Shown in pieces: positions 17,277-25,557 of a stretch of 29,821 nt of DNA; within the stretch, counting starts at the first letter, position 1; every line of letters begins with the position of its first letter. The translations under genes were made by a program, and so were the position numbers. This DNA is from Sedimentisphaerales bacterium (GTDB lineage Bacteria; Planctomycetota; Phycisphaerae; Sedimentisphaerales; Anaerobacaceae), in assembly GCA_037380865.1 (NCBI GenBank), contig JARRRJ010000046.1, forward strand, positions 1 to 29,821. Direction: 5' to 3'. The notes beneath the pieces were generated by a model. That model was given only the letters and a program-made list of their open reading frames with translations. It searched no databases and was not told the DNA's origin.

Positions 17277-17305
17277 TAGACGCTGATGAAAGTGATTTTG
17301 ATGCA
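17277..17305 (-). promoter_or_regulatory. Candidate ECF-type promoter TGCATC-N17-CGTCTA
   Basis: ECF-like -10 (CGTCTA) preceded by A/T tracts. An 11-bp direct repeat (TTTTTCAGGAA at 17346-17356 and 17358-17368) lies just upstream. Confidence 0.35.
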
Positions 17306-17395
17306 GAAAAATTAAAAAACTTTTTTTGCTTTTACGAAAGCAGGCTTTTTCAGGAAGTTTTTCAGGAAATCTCTAATCTTTTGATTTTTGGCAAT

Positions 17396-17617
17396 TCACT
17401 GCTTTTTTTGTTTTTCTTTCCAGTTTTTTATAACGTCATCGAACTTTTCGTCGATGTGCTGGAGGAACCACTCGTCGATGATGGATTTTTTGAAACGCCA
17501 CTCTTTTCCCAATTTTGCTCCCGGTATTTTCTTTTCCTGTGCCCATGTGTATATTGTCTGCGGCTTGAGCCTGAGATATTCTGCAACCTCTTCCAATGTC
17601 ATAATGTCACTTGCCAC
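17396..17617 (-). CDS. Helix-turn-helix DNA-binding protein, excisionase/HTH_17 family (73 aa)
   Basis: IMTLEEVAEYLRL..QTIY.W....IPGAKLGKEWRF. Confidence 0.88.
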   Translation of the reverse strand: MASDIMTLEEVAEYLRLKPQTIYTWAQEKKIPGAKLGKEWRFKKSIIDEWFLQHIDEKFDDVIKNWKEKQKKQ

Positions 17618-17671
17618 GAAATTAAATCTTCCTTATTTAGAACTTCTGTTTCCCTTGTATAAAATACTATT

Positions 17672-18391
17672 TTAGTCGCCGCTATCGTTCGGATTGTCTT
17701 TCGAGGGATTAACCAAATCAACAGCAGACTCGATAACTGCCAAATAAAAATTGCCCCTCCGCTGCCTGAAAACTTGAAAGGGAAGCTCTCGACTGGCTAT
17801 AAAAGGCCTCAGGTTCCATGCCAGCTGCATGCCTACGAAAGCCAGTATTAAAATCCAGAACTTAAAGACTGTCACTCCGGTCTTCGGATAAACATTCTTC
17901 TTCTCGCAGGAGTATTGAAGAGCATCCAGGATTATCTTCATTCCGAAAATTCCCGAAACAGCGAATATTGCGACATGTAATAACTTCAGAAATGAGTAAT
18001 TATCTCCGGTGATTAGAAAAAATATTACAATTGTTGAAAAAGAGACCATAATTATGGAAATCATTACAAATCCTGAAAGTATTATTTTGAGCATTTGCCA
18101 GAATCCGAGTCTGGAGCCGAGAACATGCTGAATTACGTAAAAAGCCGGGAAGCATACGAGTATCGCAAGCGTGAATAGAAGCGGCACTTTGATTCCCGAG
18201 CTTATCGCCTGCCTGAAACTTTTGTAGCTCCCCATAACAATTCCGTAAATAAAAGAGCACAGGCAAATTAAAAGGTATTGATTCAGGATTTGTTCGAATG
18301 TGTTTTCGTTACTGGTCAGTTTTTCGAAAAAATGGTCTTTGTCGTGAAAATCTCTGAAAAATCCGAACGGCGACAGTTTTACTTTTTTCAT
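17672..18391 (-). CDS. Polytopic membrane protein (Yip1-like; family often labelled 'actin-binding WH2 domain-containing protein')
   Basis: Five to six hydrophobic segments. KVPLLF...CFPAFY...LGSR and AFVGMQLAWNLRPF motifs recognised from memory. Confidence 0.6.
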   Translation of the reverse strand: MKKVKLSPFGFFRDFHDKDHFFEKLTSNENTFEQILNQYLLICLCSFIYGIVMGSYKSFRQAISSGIKVPLLFTLAILVCFPAFYVIQHVLGSRLGFWQMLKIILSGFVMISIIMVSFSTIVIFFLITGDNYSFLKLLHVAIFAVSGIFGMKIILDALQYSCEKKNVYPKTGVTVFKFWILILAFVGMQLAWNLRPFIASRELPFQVFRQRRGNFYLAVIESAVDLVNPSKDNPNDSGD

Positions 18392-18651
18392 GTTACACCT
18401 CTTTTAAAAACAAGTTTTTTAAACATAATAAGAGTATAAAAAAGAAAGTGAAAAATGTCAATTATTTTATTGTTTATTACTGTTTGTTATTGTATGATAC
18501 TCTTTTTTGCGAGGAGGGACGCGCTTCCTAATAAGAACTTAAGTCATTTATACACAAGTATTTATTATTAAAACCATGTCTTAGTATTCTATGAAAGTTG
18601 TATGAAAAAAATATTTCTTATAACTCAATATTTTTTTAAAAAACAAAGGTG

Positions 18652-19512
18652 TTATTTTCCGCCGCACTGGTTTTTGACAAATTCATGGAAGACAGCCAGA
18701 AGTTTTTTAGTTAGTTCTCCGACTGCGCCCTGGCCTACTGTGTGTTTTTCTACCTGGAATACAGGCATTACCTGCATGATGACATTTGTTAGAAAAACCT
18801 CATCTGCGCCCAGGACCTCATTTATCGTAAGGTTTTTTTCCACCAGTTTGATAGAATTTTTTAAAGCGAGCTTGCAGACATTTTTTCTAGCGATGCCTGC
18901 AAGTACAGGCGTATATAAAGGCGGCGTATAAACAACAGAGTCCTTTACTAAGAAGACGTTGCTCACGCATCCTTCCGCGAGTCGGTTATCGATTGTAAAC
19001 CACAGTGCTTCGGCCGCTCTTTTCTGATGAGCCATCTGCAGAGCCAGCATACGTGAAAAGTAGCTCGTTGTTTTGTGCCCGCAGGTCGGGTCGTTCGGAT
19101 TTTGCCTGTATGGACACAACACAGCGAGCACACCTTTTTCATAGTATTCTTTCGGATAAGGCTGAAATTGAGTTGCGCTAATGACCAATGTTGTTCGCTT
19201 GTTTTCTTCAGATAGTGACATTGGCCCGCCGGAAACAGTCAGGCGAAGCCTGGCATCTGCCAGATTATTCTCTTTCAGAACCTGGTAAATTGCATCAGTT
19301 ATATTTTCTCTGTTAAAATCTATTTTTATAGACAGCGCTTCTGCGCTGGAAAACAGCCTGTCCAAATGGTCTTCGAGTGAAAAAACGACACCATTGTAAC
19401 TTCGCATGGTCTCGAAGAGTCCCGCGCCGTATAAAAAGCCGCTGTCAGTGACAGACACGCATCCTTTTTCGACCTCGATTATTTCATCGTTTAGAAATAT
19501 TTTCTCAGCCAT
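18652..19512 (-). CDS. pabC: PLP-dependent class IV aminotransferase family, probably 4-amino-4-deoxychorismate lyase
   Basis: DSGFLYGAGLFETMR, HLDRL, HKTTSY (PLP Lys), EGCVSNVF, LAGIAR. Directly downstream of pabB. An IlvE/Dat activity is not excluded. Confidence 0.7.
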   Translation of the reverse strand: MAEKIFLNDEIIEVEKGCVSVTDSGFLYGAGLFETMRSYNGVVFSLEDHLDRLFSSAEALSIKIDFNRENITDAIYQVLKENNLADARLRLTVSGGPMSLSEENKRTTLVISATQFQPYPKEYYEKGVLAVLCPYRQNPNDPTCGHKTTSYFSRMLALQMAHQKRAAEALWFTIDNRLAEGCVSNVFLVKDSVVYTPPLYTPVLAGIARKNVCKLALKNSIKLVEKNLTINEVLGADEVFLTNVIMQVMPVFQVEKHTVGQGAVGELTKKLLAVFHEFVKNQCGGK

Positions 19513-19522
19513 TTCATAGTCC

Positions 19523-20947
19523 TCAATAAGTGACAGGCATATTAACGTTTTCGATTCCAGCCAGGAGTGCTCTTGCTTTAACTATTGTTTCCTGCCATTC
19601 TGCTTCGGCGTCTGAATCCGCGACGATTCCTCCGCCGGTCTGAAAGTATGCTTTTTTGTTTTTGATAATAATCGTTCTTATAGCTATATTCAAGGACATA
19701 CTTCCATTGATACCGATGAAACCTATGCTGCCTGTGTAGACTCCCCTTGCAGTCGGTTCCGTTTCGTCAATAATTTCCATCGAGCGGATTTTTGGCGCAC
19801 CTGTAATCGATCCTCCGGGGAACATTGCTTTCATTATATCACCGAAGGTGATATCTTCGCGAAGCTTTCCCGAAATAGTAGCCACCGCATGAAAAACTGT
19901 CGGGTATGCTTCGATAGTCCTGGGCTGAGTGACTTTTCGTGTCCCCGGGACACATATTCTCGCTATATCGTTTCGTTCCAGGTCGACTATCATGTTCAGT
20001 TCAGCCTGTTCTTTTTCATTGCGCAGCAATTCAAGCTCGTAATCCTTGTCTGAATTTTTGACTCTCGGTCGCGTTCCTTTTATAGGCTTTGTGCTTATTG
20101 TCCTGTCTTTGATTGTCACGAACATCTCAGGTGATGCGCTCACGATTTTGGATTCGCCTGTATCTATGTAAGCTGAATAAGGACTCGGATTATAAATATT
20201 CTGCCAGTTGAAAAGGTCGATTGCTTCGGTTCCGAAGTCACATTCGAATCTTCGCGAAAAATTAATTTGATAAACATCACCATCGTAAATATATCTCTTT
20301 ATCTTCTCGAAAGCATGCAGATAGTATTCCTTATTCATATTGCATTGTATCTTGGAGAAATCTGCATTGTCAATCTCAGAATAGCCTGGAAGGGGCATCT
20401 CAAGGCGCTCTGATTCTTTTATTAATCTCTCAAGTTCATTCAGCTTTTGTTCAGGCTCTTTGTTGTCGCCGGGTAATTCGAGAGCGAACAGGCGGAAAAT
20501 ATTCTCAGCATGGTCATAAGCTATGATACTGTCATAAAAGCACAGTCGAATTAGCGGCATCTGTAAATTATCTATTGTTGTTGCACGGAGTTTCTCGATA
20601 TATCTGCAAAGTTCATAACTGAAAAATCCGATCCAGCCTCCGCAGAAAATGCCGTCAGGGAACTCGTGATTACTTTTTCGATGGAGTTTGTACTTATTCA
20701 GAATATGCTGCAGTTTTTCAAAAGGATTCTTTTGTGCAGAATTAAATATGAATATTTCTTTAGGCTCTGCGGCCCAATAACTGAACTGCCCGGCATCTCC
20801 TATAGACGAGTTAGCGCCGAGAATGGACGCTGACTCCAGTTTGGAAAATACCCGGCTCAGTCCCGGAAAATTCACTCGAGCGTGGAATTCCCTGTAATGC
20901 TGCCTGCACAAAATACTTTTGACATTAGCAGAGAGAATTCCCATCAT
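19523..20947 (-). CDS. pabB: Aminodeoxychorismate synthase component I
   Basis: SASPEMF, PIKGTRPR (PIKGT is PabB-type, versus PIAGT in TrpE), AELNMIVDLERND, FPGGSITGAPK, GGGIVADS. Likely start at ATG 20947; the ORF is open to 20977. Confidence 0.9.
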   Translation of the reverse strand: MMGILSANVKSILCRQHYREFHARVNFPGLSRVFSKLESASILGANSSIGDAGQFSYWAAEPKEIFIFNSAQKNPFEKLQHILNKYKLHRKSNHEFPDGIFCGGWIGFFSYELCRYIEKLRATTIDNLQMPLIRLCFYDSIIAYDHAENIFRLFALELPGDNKEPEQKLNELERLIKESERLEMPLPGYSEIDNADFSKIQCNMNKEYYLHAFEKIKRYIYDGDVYQINFSRRFECDFGTEAIDLFNWQNIYNPSPYSAYIDTGESKIVSASPEMFVTIKDRTISTKPIKGTRPRVKNSDKDYELELLRNEKEQAELNMIVDLERNDIARICVPGTRKVTQPRTIEAYPTVFHAVATISGKLREDITFGDIMKAMFPGGSITGAPKIRSMEIIDETEPTARGVYTGSIGFIGINGSMSLNIAIRTIIIKNKKAYFQTGGGIVADSDAEAEWQETIVKARALLAGIENVNMPVTY

Positions 20948-20957
20948 TTTACTTATG

Positions 20958-21281
20958 TCACTTGCCTGAGTTTTCAACTGTGTAAAGCCACCATCTTGTT
21001 TTCATTTGGCTTTTTGACCTTGCCTGCCGCTCGAAGTAAAGAGTCATTATTAAGCCGGCGGTTGTCCTGATTTTGTACCAGTGCTTTCGCAGGTAAATCT
21101 CATCGCTGCCGCTCCGGCACGGTCCCGTTTCCTTCCAGACTTCAAGCACCTCGGCAACTTCGTACTCGTTATCTCTCCAGATGAATTTTGCCGGTAGACC
21201 AGGCTCTCCTCTCGTCATCGAGGCTGTATCGAACGTGCCTTCGAGCGGTTTTATTATTTCGCTGACAAATTCCTCATCCAT
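20958..21281 (-). CDS. Conserved small protein, DUF6504-like (107 aa)
   Basis: GEPGLP..F.WR..EY.V..VL..W...YLRKHWY...TLYFER...W.L pattern recognised from memory. Translationally coupled to deoC. Confidence 0.6.
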   Translation of the reverse strand: MDEEFVSEIIKPLEGTFDTASMTRGEPGLPAKFIWRDNEYEVAEVLEVWKETGPCRSGSDEIYLRKHWYKIRTTAGLIMTLYFERQARSKSQMKTRWWLYTVENSGK

Positions 21282-21969
21282 CTTGCTCCTGCTGAGCTTT
21301 ATATTCCTCTATTATTTTCACTGAAGCAGAAGTACCGATTCTTTCCGCTCCGGCTTCGAGCATTTCGAGAGCCTGTGCGGGGGTTCTTATTCCTCCCGCT
21401 GCTTTTACTTTGCACTTCGGAGCAGATTCCTTCATCAGCTTTACAGCTTCGACAGTCGCTCCGCCGGCCGGGTTCATTCCCGTGCTTGTTTTTACAAAAT
21501 CGACTCCAACCTCCTGCGCAATCCTGCACGCGAAGACTATCTGCTCGTTACTTAACGCCGCGGATTCGATGATAACTTTTAATAAGACAGGAGGTTTCAT
21601 GGAGTGACATACCTTACAAACTTCATAAAGCTGAGTGGTCAGGTATTTCGAGTCAGCATCTATAATCGAAGCCAGGTCTGCAACCATGTCGATTTCATCT
21701 GCGCCTGCAAAAATAGCGTTTTTCGCCTGTGCAGCTTTTATTTTCGTTGAGTCACCGCCAAGAGGCAAACTGACCACCCCGCCTACTTTGACTTTTGTTC
21801 CGTGCAGCAGTTTATACGCTAACGGAAGCCAGCGGGGATTTATGCTTACAGCATGAAAACCATAGTCTATCGCTTCGTGACACAACTGCTCGATTCTTAC
21901 TTGTGTCGCAGTCGCATCGAGTAATGTGTGGTCGATACAGCCTGCTAATTGTTCTGCTGAAATATTCAC
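21274..21969 (-). CDS. deoC: Deoxyribose-phosphate aldolase
   Basis: IDHTLL, GADEIDMV, LKVIIES, DFVKTSTG (Schiff-base Lys), VKAAGGIR, GAERIGTS. Confidence 0.95.
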   Translation of the reverse strand: MNISAEQLAGCIDHTLLDATATQVRIEQLCHEAIDYGFHAVSINPRWLPLAYKLLHGTKVKVGGVVSLPLGGDSTKIKAAQAKNAIFAGADEIDMVADLASIIDADSKYLTTQLYEVCKVCHSMKPPVLLKVIIESAALSNEQIVFACRIAQEVGVDFVKTSTGMNPAGGATVEAVKLMKESAPKCKVKAAGGIRTPAQALEMLEAGAERIGTSASVKIIEEYKAQQEQDG

Positions 21970-23051
21970 GATTGTATATATCCTCTCTTTTCAAAGTATT
22001 CTATTGCTTCGTCGGTCGCTGAAAATACTCTTGTCGCAGTTTGTGTGACGAAAACCGATGGCGTTTGCTTTGCCTGCCAAATGACATATACGTCTTTCGC
22101 GGCTTCGTGGGCGTGCTGAAGTTCGCGTTCCACGCCGCTCGAAATCGCGGCCCGTCCATCGGCAAAGCTTGGAACAAAACTTATTATCATGTTGGATTGA
22201 TCTATGAGCAGAAAATCACGCGCGTATGTCTGACTATTAATGTCACGCTCAATCTGGCGAACTTCGTACAAGTCCAGCCTGGTTTTTTCCCCGGGTGTTT
22301 CAGCTTCGACATAGCCCAAACCTTTCAGCTGCGCCTGCTCAGCCATTCGAGGCAGCTCAGATTCTTCCAGGTCACCCGGATCGAAGCAAGTGAAGTATTT
22401 TTTCATAGTCGTTCGAAACTTGTTGATTTCCTGTTTGACATCTTCCATGTCACTGACTGCCGTCATGGGAAAACTCAGGTAAACTTTTTTAGTATCTTTT
22501 TCGAATACGAGCCTGTAAAACGTTTCCGTAGTCTCGTTTTCTATTCCACGTGCAAGACAATAAAAAGGTATTTTGTCGTTGATTCCCTTGCAGAGCATTT
22601 CTGTGCCAATAATCTCCTCTTCGCGCCATACAATCAAATCCTTTAGAGTATGTTCGACAGAGTGTTCTGCTTCAAGTCTCGCATGCAAAGAGGCTATACC
22701 ATCTATCAGGCAGACGTACATATCAGCATTGAGCTCGCGCATCTGGTCGAAATCGACGGCGGGGAACAGGCCGTGACGCCACCGGAAAGTTGCATGTGTG
22801 TTGACTATCAGATTGCAAGCACTTTTGGACTGGGTAATAATATCCTTAAATACGCTGCGCCGGAGAGAATGCAGCCTTTTCAGTGATATGTCAAGGATTT
22901 TACCGGCTGGAATATCAGGCGCTTCAGCATACATCATGTCACCGACGTTGCAGAGCAATACCTCATTGCCTTTATCATTGGCAAAGCGACACACCTTCTC
23001 AAGGTAGTTCTTCTTGTCAATGCCTACCATCCCTGTGACAATTATTATCAT
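21966..23051 (-). CDS. Archaeal-type adenylate-kinase-like (AdkA) domain fused to a nucleoside 2-deoxyribosyltransferase/N-glycosidase-like domain (361 aa)
   Basis: N-terminal IIVTGMVGIDKK, NVGDMM, VNTHATF...GLFP. C-terminal VYLSFPM, RDFLLIDQSNMII, SSGVERELQHA. Confidence 0.6.
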   Translation of the reverse strand: MIIIVTGMVGIDKKNYLEKVCRFANDKGNEVLLCNVGDMMYAEAPDIPAGKILDISLKRLHSLRRSVFKDIITQSKSACNLIVNTHATFRWRHGLFPAVDFDQMRELNADMYVCLIDGIASLHARLEAEHSVEHTLKDLIVWREEEIIGTEMLCKGINDKIPFYCLARGIENETTETFYRLVFEKDTKKVYLSFPMTAVSDMEDVKQEINKFRTTMKKYFTCFDPGDLEESELPRMAEQAQLKGLGYVEAETPGEKTRLDLYEVRQIERDINSQTYARDFLLIDQSNMIISFVPSFADGRAAISSGVERELQHAHEAAKDVYVIWQAKQTPSVFVTQTATRVFSATDEAIEYFEKRGYIQS

Positions 23052-23092
23052 GATACTTTCCGGAACCAGGATATATTGTACTGTTTTTGTTT

Positions 23093-24181
23093 TTAGAGAT
23101 TTTTCAGTCTCTGTTCTCTGTCGTATTCTTTAAGTGCGGCAATCAGCTCTTCCATGTCACCAGCCATTATTTTGTCGAGACTGGAGAGCGATAAGTTGAT
23201 TCTGTGGTCGGTTACGCGGTTTTGCGGATAGTTGTAGGTTCTGATTTTCTGTGACCTGTCACCGGAGCCGATCATACTTCTGCGCTTCGAGTCCCGTTCG
23301 GCCCTCTTTTCGCTTTGATAATGCTCGTAAACGCGGCTTCGCAAAATGCGCCATGCCTTAGCGCGGTTTTTATGCTGACTTTTTTCATCGCGCATATTGA
23401 CTGTAATTCCCGTGGGGACATGTTCGAGTCTTATAGCGCTGCTGACTTTATTGACGTTTTGACCGCCGGGACCGCCCGCTCTGCTTACATGTTCGAGAAC
23501 ATCACTGGGATTTATTTGGATATCCACTTCTTCGGGCTCAGGTAAGACCGCAACTGTCGCGGCGGAAGTATGAATTCTTCCCTGCGCTTCTGTTTCAGGG
23601 ACTCTCTGGACACGATGGCCGCCGCCTTCGTAGCCAAGGTCGGACCAGGTTCCCGGACCGTTGACGTTGAAAATTACCTCGCGAAAGCCGCTCTTTTCCG
23701 TGGGACTGAAGTCAAGCAGCTCGACTTTCCATTTGCGCTTCTCAGCATATTTTGTGTACATATCGTACAAATCGCGGGCGAATAGAGCAGCTTCCTCGCC
23801 GCCTGTTCCGGCACGTATTTCCATTATGACTGAATCGATGCTCATATCGTCTGCCATAACGAGAGTGCTCGTTATATCTTCAAGAAGGCTGCCGCTCTCA
23901 ATTTCAAGCTGCTCCAGCTCGTCTTCAGCAAGGCTCTTGAGGTCCTGTTCTGCTGATGCATCGGACAATATCTGCTGAGCTTGCTCGATTTGCGACGATA
24001 ACTTCTTATACTCTCGATACTTAGTTACAATCGCCTTGATTTTCCCCTGTTCTTTGGAAAGCGCAATGAGCTTTGTCGAATCGGACGCGATTTCCGGTCT
24101 GGAAATCTGAGTTTCTATCTCGCTGTAACGATTGTCAAGCTGGTCGAGTTTGTCCAATAAGCTGGTTTGTTGCTCGCTCAT
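23093..24181 (-). CDS. prfA: Peptide chain release factor 1
   Basis: [21 protein letters not shown] (PxT of RF1), [24 protein letters not shown]. Confidence 0.97.
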   Translation of the reverse strand: MSEQQTSLLDKLDQLDNRYSEIETQISRPEIASDSTKLIALSKEQGKIKAIVTKYREYKKLSSQIEQAQQILSDASAEQDLKSLAEDELEQLEIESGSLLEDITSTLVMADDMSIDSVIMEIRAGTGGEEAALFARDLYDMYTKYAEKRKWKVELLDFSPTEKSGFREVIFNVNGPGTWSDLGYEGGGHRVQRVPETEAQGRIHTSAATVAVLPEPEEVDIQINPSDVLEHVSRAGGPGGQNVNKVSSAIRLEHVPTGITVNMRDEKSQHKNRAKAWRILRSRVYEHYQSEKRAERDSKRRSMIGSGDRSQKIRTYNYPQNRVTDHRINLSLSSLDKIMAGDMEELIAALKEYDREQRLKNL

Positions 24182-24232
24182 AAAAAGTGTCTAAAAAGCC
24201 AAAAACTTATTCAAAACGCACGATTTCAGTTT

Positions 24233-24272
24233 AAAAATAAACCCTTCATCCTGGTCCCCAGGCACTGAAGGG
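24233..24272 (-). terminator. Intrinsic terminator between rpmE and prfA
   Basis: Minus strand CCCTTCA..CCTGG-GGA-CCAGG..TGAAGGG followed by TTTATTTTT. Confidence 0.65.
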
Positions 24273-24295
24273 CGATTTTTTTCATATGAAGAAAG

Positions 24296-24529
24296 CTATT
24301 TCTTCTGGTCTTTGCCTTCTTTTTTCATATAGCTTTTGCCGTATTTCTTCTGGAATCGCTCGATTCTTCCGGCTGTATCGACGAACTTCTGCTTTCCTGT
24401 ATAGAACGGATGGCACATCGAGCAAATCTCGGCGTGGATTTCATTTGTTGTACTGCGCGTCTCGAAAGTATTACCGCACCCGCAGCGAACGACTACTTTT
24501 TCGTATTTTGGATGTATATCTTTTTTCAT
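24296..24529 (-). CDS. rpmE: 50S ribosomal protein L31, zinc-binding type
   Basis: [36 protein letters not shown]. Confidence 0.97.
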   Translation of the reverse strand: MKKDIHPKYEKVVVRCGCGNTFETRSTTNEIHAEICSMCHPFYTGKQKFVDTAGRIERFQKKYGKSYMKKEGKDQKK

Positions 24530-24670
24530 AATTCAAATGCCTCGATATATCTAAAACATACAATTGTACGAAATTAATGGAATCTTTCAACAAAAATTTT
24601 TTGCATTTAGTCAATATTGCGGCTATATTTTTTATTTACACGGTTTTCGAAGGTTATTGGGGCTCATAAA

Positions 24671-25361
24671 ATGCAGACAAAAGTAATAATAGTAGGTGCC
24701 GCCGGCAGAATGGGCAAGCGTTTTATCACACTGGCCGCGGAGTCAGGCGAATTCGAAATAGTCGGAGCTATTGATTTGCTGAGTAATCCGGATTTTGGAA
24801 AGGACGCGGGTTTGGCCGCGGGAATCAGTAACACTTATGTAACGATAACAGATACCTTTCCAATGATTGACAGTGGCGTCGTCGTTGATTTCTCATTGCC
24901 CGAGGCGCTTGACAAAAACATCGATTTCTGTACTGAAAACGGAATTGCTCTTGTATCAGGTACTACAGGTCTGAGCGAGGGCCAGAAGGAGAGAATCAAG
25001 GACGCATCGAGAATAATCCCGATTCTCTATACTACGAACTTAAGCGTGGGCATGAATGTCCTTTTCTCGCTGGCGGGGAAAGTTGCCACAATGCTGGGTG
25101 ATGAGTACGATATCGAGATAATCGAGCAGCATCATCGCTTCAAAAAAGACGCGCCGAGCGGCAGCGCACTTACTATCGCAGAAAAAATCTGCGACGCGAC
25201 CGTCAGTCATGTTCGCTTGCTTAGGTGAGACTTTTGCGCTCAATCATACTGCCCAAAACAGAGATACATTTATTAGGGGTGCCCTCCGTGCGGCTAAATG
25301 GATCGCAGGGAAGGAACCGGCTCTTTATTCCATGGCTGATGTGCTTGGTCTTGTGGGGTAG
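24671..25361 (+). pseudogene. dapB: 4-hydroxy-tetrahydrodipicolinate reductase with internal loss and frameshift near 25201
   Basis: [31 protein letters not shown] up to KICDAT. Another frame then gives [33 protein letters not shown]...YSMADVLGL*. The usual HGR...IGIHxxRxGDIxGxH segment is absent. Confidence 0.88.
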
Positions 25362-25557
25362 AGCCCGTTTTTGACAATTTCATTTTACCGCCTTGATTTT
25401 TTTCCATCCCTGGAATAGAATATCTCGTCTTTAAGAATCCATCCGTTCTCGGGGAATATGATTTTGAAGAACGGAAATTCTGCCAGCCACAATATTTTTT
25501 GGGCTGAAAGTGTTCGCATAACAATGCTCGAGGTGGATCAGAAAGGACTAATTTTTA

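Noticed and set aside
17396-17617. Prophage or ICE excisionase marking a mobile element
   Set aside because: No integrase, att-like repeat, tRNA or phage gene nearby. Stand-alone HTH_17 regulators are common.
18392-18651. AT-rich intergenic stretch as an origin or foreign insert
   Set aside because: No DnaA-box cluster or clear repeats were seen. It is consistent with a promoter region.
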